Below are positions 56,361 through 64,000 of a stretch of DNA of 64,000 nucleotides, piece after piece. This stretch comes from an uncultured Alphaproteobacteria bacterium (GTDB lineage Bacteria; Pseudomonadota; Alphaproteobacteria; Rhizobiales; Xanthobacteraceae): NCBI GenBank assembly GCA_963742085.1, contig CAVUKM010000015.1, forward strand, positions 139,113 through 203,112, in the 5' to 3' direction. Below the pieces are notes generated by a model. It made no database searches and had not been told where the DNA came from. It saw only the letters and a list, made by a program, of their open reading frames with translations. Within the stretch, counting starts at the first letter, position 1. Every line of letters begins with the position of its first letter. Made by a program: the position numbers and the translations under genes.

Positions 56361-56485
56361 CTCCCTTGTCGCTTGGCGCAGCAGCGCAAAAATTTTGACG
56401 CCGGTATGTTGGCTGGCGCCATTATTCCTCATTTCCTACTCATGCGTGTATCTTCGGCTTTTTGCGCGGCGGGTCAAATCCACAG

Positions 56486-56519
56486 ATCGTCCCGGCGCGG
56501 TATTTTGCGCCGGGACGAT
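56486..56519 (-). terminator. Perfect 13-bp stem-loop after xoxF
   Basis: ATCGTCCCGGCGC - 8-nt loop - GCGCCGGGACGAT. Confidence 0.6.
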
Positions 56520-56528
56520 TGGTTTGGC

Positions 56529-58334
56529 TCACTGCGGCAGTGCGAACACCGTCAGCGTGCCGCCGAGCGCGGTATAGTTGCTCAGCGCCGCATAGCCGCC
56601 GACGGCGCCCAGACCCGCGGTCGGATCGGTCAGGCCCGCCGCAAGCCCGATCCCCGCCCAGCCGCCGACCCCGGACAGCACCGCAACATACTGCCGGCCG
56701 CCCTGCTCATAGGTCGTGACGTTGCCGATGATCCCCGACGGCGTCTTGAACTTGTACAGTTCCTTGCCCGTCTTGGCATCGACCGCCTTCAGATAGCCTT
56801 CCAGCGTGCCGTAGAACACCACCCCGCCCGCGGTCGCCAGCGCGCCCGACCACACCGAGAACTGCTCCTTGTTCGACCACACGATCTTGCCGGTCTTGCC
56901 GTCCCAGGCGATGAAGTTGCCCATGTTGGTTTCACCGGGAGGCGGATACATCGACAGCGTCGCCCCGACATAGGGCTGGCCCGCCGTGTAGCTCACCTTG
57001 AACGGCTCGTAGTCCATGCAGACGTGGTTGGTCGGCACGTAGAACAGCTGGGTGTCCGGCGAATACGCCGCCGGCTGCTCGTCCTTGCTGCCCAGCGCCG
57101 CCGGGCAGATGCCCTTGACGTTGTGGTCCTCACCCGCCTTGTCGGTCGAGTACTGGTCGAGGACCTTCGGCCGGCCATAGGTCGGCGAGCTCTTGTTCAT
57201 GTCGACGCCCGAAGTCCAGTTGACCTTCGGATCGTACTTTTCGGCAACCAGCAATTCGCCGGTGGCGCGGTCCAGCGTATAACCGAGCCCGTTACGGTCG
57301 AAATGGGTCAGCAGCTTGCGCGGCGCCCCGCCGACCTGCTGGTCGGACAGGATCATCTCGTTGATGCCGTCGTAATCCCATTCGTCATGCGGCGTCATCT
57401 GGTAGACCCATTTGGCCATGCCGGTGTCCGGATCGCGCGCCCAGATCGTCATCGACCATTTGTTGTCGCCCGGACGCTGCTTCGGATTCCAGGTCGAGGG
57501 ATTGCCCGAACCGTAGTACATGAGGTTCAGAGCGGGGTCGTAGGAGATCCAGCCCCACGTCGCGCCGCCGCCGATCTTCCACTGATCGCCCTGCCAGGTC
57601 TTGAGGCTGGAATCCTTGCCGACCGGCTTGCCAAGTTCGGTGGTCTTCGCCCCATCGACCAGGATCTGGTCGTCCGGTCCTTCCGAATAGGCCCGCCAGA
57701 CCTGCTTGCCGGTCTTGATGTCGTAGGCCGTCATGTGAGCCTGCACGCCAAACTCACCGCCGGAAATCCCGATCAGCACCTTGTCCTTGATCACCATCGG
57801 CGCCGAGGTGCCGGTGGCGCCCTTGCTCGGATCGCCGTTCTTGGCCGTCCATACCACCTTGCCGGTCTTGGCATCGAGCGCCACCAGCGTGGTATCGGCC
57901 TGATGCAGGAAGATCTTGCCATCGCCATAGGCGACGCCGCGGTTGACCGTATCGCAGCACATCACCGGAATGACGTTGGGATCCTGCTTGGGCTCATACT
58001 TCCAGACGATCTTGTTGTCATGGGCAAGATCGAGCGCATAGACCGTGTTGGGGAACGGCGCATGCACATACATCATGTCGCCGATGATCAGCGGGCCACC
58101 CTCATGGCCGCGCAGCACGCCGGTCGAAAATGTCCAGGCCACCTGCAGCTTGCCCACATTGGCCGCCGTGATCTGATTGAGCTTCGAATACCGATGATTG
58201 GAATAGTCCCCGGTCGGCATCACCCATTCCTTCGGGTTCTGCGACATCTTGCTCAGTTCCTCATTGGCATTGGCGACGCCCGCGCCAAATGCCGCAAAGG
58301 CAAGACAGGTTGTTGCGAGTAGCACCTTGCGCAT
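56529..58334 (-). CDS. xoxF: Lanthanide-dependent PQQ methanol dehydrogenase
   Basis: 601 aa with signal peptide; vicinal MCCD; EWDYDG carrying the extra lanthanide-binding Asp (MxaF has DYAG). Confidence 0.95.
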   Translation of the reverse strand: MRKVLLATTCLAFAAFGAGVANANEELSKMSQNPKEWVMPTGDYSNHRYSKLNQITAANVGKLQVAWTFSTGVLRGHEGGPLIIGDMMYVHAPFPNTVYALDLAHDNKIVWKYEPKQDPNVIPVMCCDTVNRGVAYGDGKIFLHQADTTLVALDAKTGKVVWTAKNGDPSKGATGTSAPMVIKDKVLIGISGGEFGVQAHMTAYDIKTGKQVWRAYSEGPDDQILVDGAKTTELGKPVGKDSSLKTWQGDQWKIGGGATWGWISYDPALNLMYYGSGNPSTWNPKQRPGDNKWSMTIWARDPDTGMAKWVYQMTPHDEWDYDGINEMILSDQQVGGAPRKLLTHFDRNGLGYTLDRATGELLVAEKYDPKVNWTSGVDMNKSSPTYGRPKVLDQYSTDKAGEDHNVKGICPAALGSKDEQPAAYSPDTQLFYVPTNHVCMDYEPFKVSYTAGQPYVGATLSMYPPPGETNMGNFIAWDGKTGKIVWSNKEQFSVWSGALATAGGVVFYGTLEGYLKAVDAKTGKELYKFKTPSGIIGNVTTYEQGGRQYVAVLSGVGGWAGIGLAAGLTDPTAGLGAVGGYAALSNYTALGGTLTVFALPQ

Positions 58335-58628
58335 AACGAAACCTCCCATGTTTTTTTCACGTTCTGTTTTGGTGCAGTGGGCACACGCCCAACGCCCATC
58401 GCCGGCTAGGGAATGCGTTGCCGAGATCCGGCAGCCGCATCCACTCACTTCTGTGAGACGTCGGCATCAAGTAAGCAGCCAACCGCGGTTCAATTGAGGC
58501 CGGCAATCATTCAAATGCTATGCTCGTCAACTGGAGCCGGCAAATAAAATTACTTTTGAATCTCTTGTCGCGCATGCTGCAATGCAGTCCATGGCATCAT
58601 GCTGAATTCGGCGATGGAGACGGCGCAG

Positions 58629-59558
58629 ATGACCATTCGTCACTCACTCTTTTTTGCCGCGGTCGCAGTGCTTGCCGGGCCGATATTTGCGCAGGAGCAG
58701 CACGGCGCTTTGCCCGTCAGCGAGATCGCCCCCGGTCTCTTTCTGCACCTCGGAGCAACGGCGCTGATGACGCGGGAAAATGAAGGCGACATCGCCAATG
58801 TCGGGTTCATTATCGGCGACGACGCGGTCGCCGTCATCGATACCGGCGGCAGCTTGCGCGAAGGCCGGCGGCTCCTTGCAGCTATTCGCTCCCGCTCAGA
58901 GAAGCCGATCCGGTACGTCATAAATACGCACGGCCACCCGGATCATATCTTTGGCAACGCCGCATTCATGGAAAACGGAACCCGTTTCGTCGGTCACAGG
59001 AATTTGCCGAGGGCGTTGGCTGTGCGCGGGCAGTTCTACATCGATGCTTTTCGCCGGATCATGGGCGACGATTTGATCGACGAAGTGCGCATTGTTCCGC
59101 CCACGCTTCTCGTCGATGGTACACTCACCCTCGATCTCGGGCACAGGAACCTCACTCTGCGGACTTGGCCGACAGCGCATAGCGACAGCGATCTCACCGT
59201 GCTCGACGAGCAAACCGGTACGCTGTTCGGCGGCGATCTTGTCTTCCTCGATCATGTACCCGTGGTCGACGGCAGCATTCGTGGCTGGCTGACGGCAATC
59301 GATGAACTCGGCGCAATTTCCGCGCAACGGCTGGTTCCCGGTCACGGACCCGAAAGCAACTGGCCAGGCGCTTTGGCCGACGAACGCCGATATCTGGAGA
59401 AGCTGGCGGCCGACGTCCGCGCGATGGTCGCCGATGGCAAACCCATAACGGCGGCTGCCAATACCGCCGCCGTGTCCGAGCGTTCACGATGGAAGCTGTT
59501 CGACGATTACAATGCACGAAACGCGACTGCCGCTTTCTCGGAAATTGAATGGGAATAG
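58629..59558 (+). CDS. Exported metallo-beta-lactamase-fold hydrolase (quinoprotein-associated)
   Basis: VIDTGGS, THGHPDH, AHSDSD and PGHG. Confidence 0.88.
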   Translation: MTIRHSLFFAAVAVLAGPIFAQEQHGALPVSEIAPGLFLHLGATALMTRENEGDIANVGFIIGDDAVAVIDTGGSLREGRRLLAAIRSRSEKPIRYVINTHGHPDHIFGNAAFMENGTRFVGHRNLPRALAVRGQFYIDAFRRIMGDDLIDEVRIVPPTLLVDGTLTLDLGHRNLTLRTWPTAHSDSDLTVLDEQTGTLFGGDLVFLDHVPVVDGSIRGWLTAIDELGAISAQRLVPGHGPESNWPGALADERRYLEKLAADVRAMVADGKPITAAANTAAVSERSRWKLFDDYNARNATAAFSEIEWE

Positions 59559-59611
59559 TCGACGTAGTGGACTATAGTGGGCTTGTTCCGGTCGTCGAAA
59601 GGACCGCGCCC

Positions 59612-60445
59612 ATGTTGAGCCGTCATTCCAGCTTGTTCTTGGCCACCGGTCTCCTGGCGGCCATGGTGCTTGGCGCGAGTCCGATACATGCCGCCACGCC
59701 GGATGCCTACGATCCATGGCCCGGCCTCGTTCAGGACATCTTCAACAATCGGCCGATGGACGATGGCGCAGGAGTCGTCGCCATCGAGATGCCATACCGT
59801 GCCGAGGATGCAGCGATCGTTCCCGTTACGCTGCGCGTCAAGCTTCCTCCAACCGATGGCCGCCGCGTCTTGGCGATCACCCTGGTCATCGACCAGAACC
59901 CGGCGCCGATGGCGGCGCGTTTCGACCTTGGCAAGGATTCCTCGGTATCCGAGGTCTCCACGCGGGTGCGGGTCAATAATTACACCGACGTCCATGCGGT
60001 CGCTGAACTGAGCGACGGCAAGCTCTACATGGCGAAAACCTTCGTGAAGGCTTCTGGCGGGTGTTCGGCGCCTGCGGCCAAAAACGCTGACGAAGCAAAG
60101 GCGCGACTAGGCCAGATACAATTCAGGCAATTCGCAAAGTCGACCGACGGTCCTCAAAGCGGCGCCCGCGAGGCCCAGATCATGATAGGGCACCCTAATA
60201 ATTCCGGCCTCCAGATGGACCAGGTCACCCGGCTCTACATTCCAGCGTTCTTCATCAACGAATTGCGGATTTGGCAGGACGACACGCTGGTCCTGGCGAT
60301 GCAAGGTGGAATCTCCATTTCGGAGGATCCCAACATTCGCTTCTCCTATGTGCCGAATGGCGCAAAGCGCATCCGCGTCGAGGCCAAAGACACCGAGGGC
60401 CATTTGTTCGAGAACGAATGGAAGGTCGAGAATTCAGGCATTTGA
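59612..60445 (+). CDS. Fused SoxYZ-like carrier protein (quinoprotein-associated)
   Basis: IDQNPAP, TRVRVNNYT, VKASGGCSAP and HPNNSGLQMDQ. Confidence 0.85.
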   Translation: MLSRHSSLFLATGLLAAMVLGASPIHAATPDAYDPWPGLVQDIFNNRPMDDGAGVVAIEMPYRAEDAAIVPVTLRVKLPPTDGRRVLAITLVIDQNPAPMAARFDLGKDSSVSEVSTRVRVNNYTDVHAVAELSDGKLYMAKTFVKASGGCSAPAAKNADEAKARLGQIQFRQFAKSTDGPQSGAREAQIMIGHPNNSGLQMDQVTRLYIPAFFINELRIWQDDTLVLAMQGGISISEDPNIRFSYVPNGAKRIRVEAKDTEGHLFENEWKVENSGI

Positions 60446-60499
60446 CACGGCGCGATAATTGCCTGAACCGGCAGGAGCCCGGCCGCGAGCGACCCGGCC

Positions 60500-60859
60500 T
60501 CAGAAACACCTCACTTCGGCTTCGGCCTGAGCCCTTCGCAGCTCATTGACCGCGCCTGTGGCCTGTTCGGAAGACCGGAATTGCCCGCCGAGGTTTCCAC
60601 GCACCTGCGACATGCTCAGGACCGTTTCTGCGGTGACGTACCGGTCATAAGGCACCAGCGACGCAATGACGTCGATCGAGCAGGAGCACTGATTGATCGC
60701 CTGCCGCGTTTCGCCATTGGCTTTCAGGCAGCCAAACACATACTCTGATCGCGCTGCGGTTGGATAATCGTTGACCTCGTCGGCGCGAACGGGAAGGCCA
60801 GCGGCCCCAAGCACGGCCAGCGCACAGCCAATAAGTCGCATCGATCCGGCAAGCGTCAT
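60500..60859 (-). CDS. Exported Cys-containing hypothetical protein
   Basis: Signal peptide; YVFGC, QCSCSID and terminal RCF; AGGAAGGA RBS. Confidence 0.7.
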   Translation of the reverse strand: MTLAGSMRLIGCALAVLGAAGLPVRADEVNDYPTAARSEYVFGCLKANGETRQAINQCSCSIDVIASLVPYDRYVTAETVLSMSQVRGNLGGQFRSSEQATGAVNELRRAQAEAEVRCF

Positions 60860-60995
60860 CGCGTCCTTCCTGCTGGTGAGGCGGTGAACTCCGGCTATTA
60901 TAGGGAAAAGAAACGCGACAAGGAAACGACCCATTAGATATTTGTCGACCCAATTGCATTGGCCCGCCGGGCGTGCGAGTTCGAACAAGGGCAAA

Positions 60996-61976
60996 ATGAA
61001 AAATTTCGTTCGCATTCTGTTGGCCATTGCCGTTCTTGCCGGGGCATCAGGCCCTCCTTGCCGCGCCGCGGAAACCATTCGGCTTGCAGTGCAGAAGACC
61101 GGAACATTCGCCTGGGAACTTGCGGTGATCCGGGCCCACGGCCTCGACAAGAAGGCGAACCTCGCGCTGCAGGTTGATGAGCTCGCCAGCCCGGAAGCCG
61201 GCAAGGTGGCGTTGCGCGGCGGCGCCGCCGACGTCATTGTCTCCGACTGGCTGTGGGTGGCAAGGGAGCGCGGGCTGGGCAGCAAACTTACATTCTATCC
61301 GTATTCGAGCGCGCTCGGCGCAGTAATGGTATCGAATGCTTCTCCGATCCGCACGTTGGCGGACCTCAAGGGCAGCAAATTGGCCGTCGCCGGCGGGCCC
61401 ATCGACAAGAGTTGGCTGTTGCTGCAGGCGTCGATGAAACAGGACGGCATTGACCTGAAGTCGGAGGCCACGATTGTCTACGGTTCGCCGCCGCTGCTGG
61501 CGGCGAAGACGCTCAGCGGGGAAATGGACGCTACGTTGAATTATTGGAATTTCTGCGCCGCATTGGAAGCGAAAGGCTTCCGACGCCTCACAGCGATTGA
61601 GGATATTCTGCCGAAGCTTGGCGCCAAGGGCCGCACGGCAATGGTCGGCTACGTCTTCGACGAGGTCTGGGGAAACTCAAACCGCGACGTGGTTGGCCGT
61701 TTCATCGCAATGACTCGCGTTGCGAAGGAGATTTTGACGACTTCGGACGAAGAATGGGAAAGGATTGCGCCGCTGACGGGTGCCACTGACGCGGCAACCC
61801 TGCGCGCATACCGCGATCGCTATCGGGAGGGAATTCCCCACCGTCCGGTCGCGGACGAAGAAGCCGATGCACGCGTTCTCTACCACGTGCTGGCCGAGTT
61901 CGGGGGCCGCGAACTTGTGGGCCCGGCCAGGGAACTCGATCCCGGCACCTTCTATCACGCGATCCCCGGGGATTGA
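60996..61976 (+). CDS. ABC substrate-binding protein (SsuA/NMT1-like)
   Basis: Signal peptide; KTGTFAWEL, DWLWVAR and LNYWNF; first gene of an ABC triplet. Confidence 0.82.
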   Translation: MKNFVRILLAIAVLAGASGPPCRAAETIRLAVQKTGTFAWELAVIRAHGLDKKANLALQVDELASPEAGKVALRGGAADVIVSDWLWVARERGLGSKLTFYPYSSALGAVMVSNASPIRTLADLKGSKLAVAGGPIDKSWLLLQASMKQDGIDLKSEATIVYGSPPLLAAKTLSGEMDATLNYWNFCAALEAKGFRRLTAIEDILPKLGAKGRTAMVGYVFDEVWGNSNRDVVGRFIAMTRVAKEILTTSDEEWERIAPLTGATDAATLRAYRDRYREGIPHRPVADEEADARVLYHVLAEFGGRELVGPARELDPGTFYHAIPGD

Positions 61977-61977
61977 G

Positions 61978-62715
61978 ATGCTCCGTCTTTTGTCCTTCGC
62001 CGTCTTTCTCGCGACCTGGTGGATTGCCGCGCTGTTCGCCGGCGGAGCGAAGCTGCCCGCTCCGCCCGCCGTGCTAGCGGCGATCGTTGTGGCGGCCGAA
62101 TCCGGCGCGCTGTTCGTCAATCTCGGCGTGACCCTGGCCCGCGTGGCCCTCTCCTTCACCTTGGCGATGACGCTGGGCACCGCGATCGGTTACCTGATGG
62201 GTCGGGTACGCCTTGCCGATCGACTGGGCGATCCCTGGCTCATATTGCTGCTCAACCTTCCGGCGCTCGTCGTCATCGTGCTCGCCTATATCTGGGCGGG
62301 ACTGACCGAGGTCGCGGCGATCGCGGCGATTGCCATCAACAAGCTGCCGACTGCCGTCGTGACGGTGCGCGAGGGAACCCGCGCGCTCGATCCATCGCTT
62401 GACGAAATGGCGAGGGTATTTGCTATTCCGCCCTGGAAAGCGTTCCGGCACGTCATATTGCCGCAACTGGCGCCCTACATCGCGGCTGCCGCGCGATCCG
62501 GTCTCTCCCTGGTATGGAAGATCGTGCTGGTTGCCGAATTGCTCGGACGCTCGAACGGCGTCGGCTTCGAGATCGGTGTCGCTTTCCAGCTCTTCGATAT
62601 CCCCCGCCTGCTCGCCTATTCGCTTACCTTCGTGGCGGTTGTGCTCGCGATCGAAACCGCGTTGGTTCAGCCGTTTGAAACCCGGCTATCGAGATGGCGC
62701 CCCCGTGCAGCTTGA
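61978..62715 (+). CDS. ABC permease (SsuC/TauC-like)
   Basis: GVTLARV, DEMARVF, AELLGRSNGVG. Confidence 0.88.
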   Translation: MLRLLSFAVFLATWWIAALFAGGAKLPAPPAVLAAIVVAAESGALFVNLGVTLARVALSFTLAMTLGTAIGYLMGRVRLADRLGDPWLILLLNLPALVVIVLAYIWAGLTEVAAIAAIAINKLPTAVVTVREGTRALDPSLDEMARVFAIPPWKAFRHVILPQLAPYIAAAARSGLSLVWKIVLVAELLGRSNGVGFEIGVAFQLFDIPRLLAYSLTFVAVVLAIETALVQPFETRLSRWRPRAA

Positions 62716-63433
62716 AGTCAACATCGCACGCAAAGCGTTTACGAACGTGGCGGGCGAGCGGCAAGACGTGCTCGTCGATTTCAATTTTGTGCTCGGCGCG
62801 GGAGAGGTCGGCGTCCTCGTCGGCCCGTCCGGCTGCGGCAAAAGCACATTGCTGAAGATCCTGGTCGGCCTCGACCATGACTATTTGGGTCGCGTTGAGC
62901 GTTCGGCAGATGCACGGATCGGCATGGTGTTTCAGGAACCCCGGCTCCTGCCATGGCGGTCGGTCGAGGAGAATGTGCGTCTTGCAGCGCCACAAGCGGA
63001 CGACGCAAAGCTTTCAATGCTGTTCGCCATTCTGGAATTGAACGCCCATCGCAACCATTTTCCCGGCGAATTGTCGCTCGGCCTTGCCCGGCGGGTCGCG
63101 CTTGCCCGGGCATTTGCGGTCGAGCCGGATCTTTTGATTCTCGACGAGCCGCTGGCCTCGCTGGACGACACCCTTGCAGTCCGCCTGCGCGACGAGATTG
63201 CCACACTGGTGGACAGCCGATCCATAACGACACTGCTTGTTACCCACAATGTCGATGACGCGATCCGCCTCGGTGACCGGGTATTTCTGCTGTCGCCGCG
63301 CCCGGCAAGGATTCTCGCCGAACTGCCAATTCGCACGCCGCGCAACGCGCGCGGCCAGGCCGAGATCGCCGCGATCAGGGCCGGCATTGAGCACTTGATC
63401 AACGGCGACCGCGCGAAGGAAGATGGCATATAG
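62705..63433 (+). CDS. ABC ATP-binding protein (SsuB/TauB-like)
   Basis: GPSGCGKS, VFQEPRLLPW, variant signature LSLGL, and ILDEP. Confidence 0.9.
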   Translation: MQLEVNIARKAFTNVAGERQDVLVDFNFVLGAGEVGVLVGPSGCGKSTLLKILVGLDHDYLGRVERSADARIGMVFQEPRLLPWRSVEENVRLAAPQADDAKLSMLFAILELNAHRNHFPGELSLGLARRVALARAFAVEPDLLILDEPLASLDDTLAVRLRDEIATLVDSRSITTLLVTHNVDDAIRLGDRVFLLSPRPARILAELPIRTPRNARGQAEIAAIRAGIEHLINGDRAKEDGI

Positions 63434-63479
63434 CGGCGCTTGCAGCGCATGCTAGAATGCGTTGGCGGAGGAGCTGGCG

Positions 63480-64000
63480 ATGAAGTGTTTTCTTGCAGGT
63501 GCGGCGCTCAGCCTCGGTCTCATTACCTTAACCGCAACGGCGCAGGATATGATGCGCGGCGTCGATCTTGCGTCGCCCGACATGGTTTCGGCTGAAATGA
63601 CTCGCGCCGAGGTCGTGACCGCGGTTGCGACGGCAACCCCCGCGCCCGCCGATTTCACTGGAAAGAGATTGTCCAACCTCGACCTGTCCGGGCTCGACCT
63701 CGCCCGCGTGATTTTTCGCGCAGCCCGGCTCAACAAGACGAAGTTGGCGGGCGCGAATCTCGACCATGCCGTCCTCGACCAGGCGTGGCTTCTCGAAGCG
63801 GATCTGACCGGTGCCAATTTGAGAGGTGCAAGCATATTCGCCGCGCAAATGGCCCGCGCCCATCTTGACGGTGCCGACCTCTCGAAGGCGCGTATTGCCG
63901 CCGACCTTACCGGCGCAAGCCTCGTCGGCGCCTCGATCGCCGACGCGCAGCTGGGCGCCGACATGCGCAACCAGTCGATGGGCCTCATGCGCGCGGTACT
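63480..64000 (+). CDS. Exported pentapeptide-repeat protein (partial; not in the ORF track)
   Basis: GGAGGAG RBS, signal peptide, then A(D/N)LxxA repeats such as ANLDHA, ADLTGANLRGA and ADLSKA; open to the window end. Confidence 0.85.
   Translation, partial: MKCFLAGAALSLGLITLTATAQDMMRGVDLASPDMVSAEMTRAEVVTAVATATPAPADFTGKRLSNLDLSGLDLARVIFRAARLNKTKLAGANLDHAVLDQAWLLEADLTGANLRGASIFAAQMARAHLDGADLSKARIAADLTGASLVGASIADAQLGADMRNQSMGLMRAV

Noticed and set aside
56373-58322. 649-aa plus-strand ORF opposite xoxF, and similar long ORFs opposite cbb, TonB and sulfatase genes
   Set aside because: Antisense shadows caused by codon bias; Arg/Ala-rich with no family motifs.
56529-58334. Calling the dehydrogenase MxaF (calcium type)
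   Set aside because: It has DYDG rather than DYAG and no mxaI small subunit is nearby.
49976-58628. pqqA precursor peptide in the intergenic gaps of the xox locus
   Set aside because: No ExxxY-containing short ORF of PqqA type was seen in the gaps examined.

Overview
GC-rich alphaproteobacterial DNA, most consistent with Bradyrhizobium or a relative (inferred from gene content, not from a database search). Positions ~0.6-36.8 kb form a patchwork accessory region. It holds a Zn-finger + SRAP module with a second decayed copy, a Tat-exported nucleoside-phosphorylase-like gene, a terminase scrap, a CZB-GGDEF cyclase, arsP-thioredoxin, a LysR/Rieske dioxygenase/MFS cluster, a P450, Cys-rich microproteins, a resolvase and a sulfatase-HAD-sulfatase operon. 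Mobile elements there include an IS91-like element with a tyrosine recombinase, IS701, IS5, IS1182, IS21, an IS630 scrap and two related ~218-bp MITEs, several sitting inside a REP-like intergenic repeat family. Positions ~37-64 kb are a one-carbon metabolism locus: a form IC RuBisCO operon (cbbFPTALSX plus cbbR), a TonB receptor, fghA, a lut/ped-like ABC system, lanthanide-type xoxF with xoxJ, the quinoprotein-associated rhodanese / SoxYZ-like / metallo-hydrolase set, a second ABC transporter and a pentapeptide-repeat gene. No rRNA, tRNA or CRISPR array was seen. Many genes carry single-base frameshifts and cbbT has an in-frame stop, so both real decay and consensus error must be considered. 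Protein family calls come from motif recognition by eye and need HMM confirmation.
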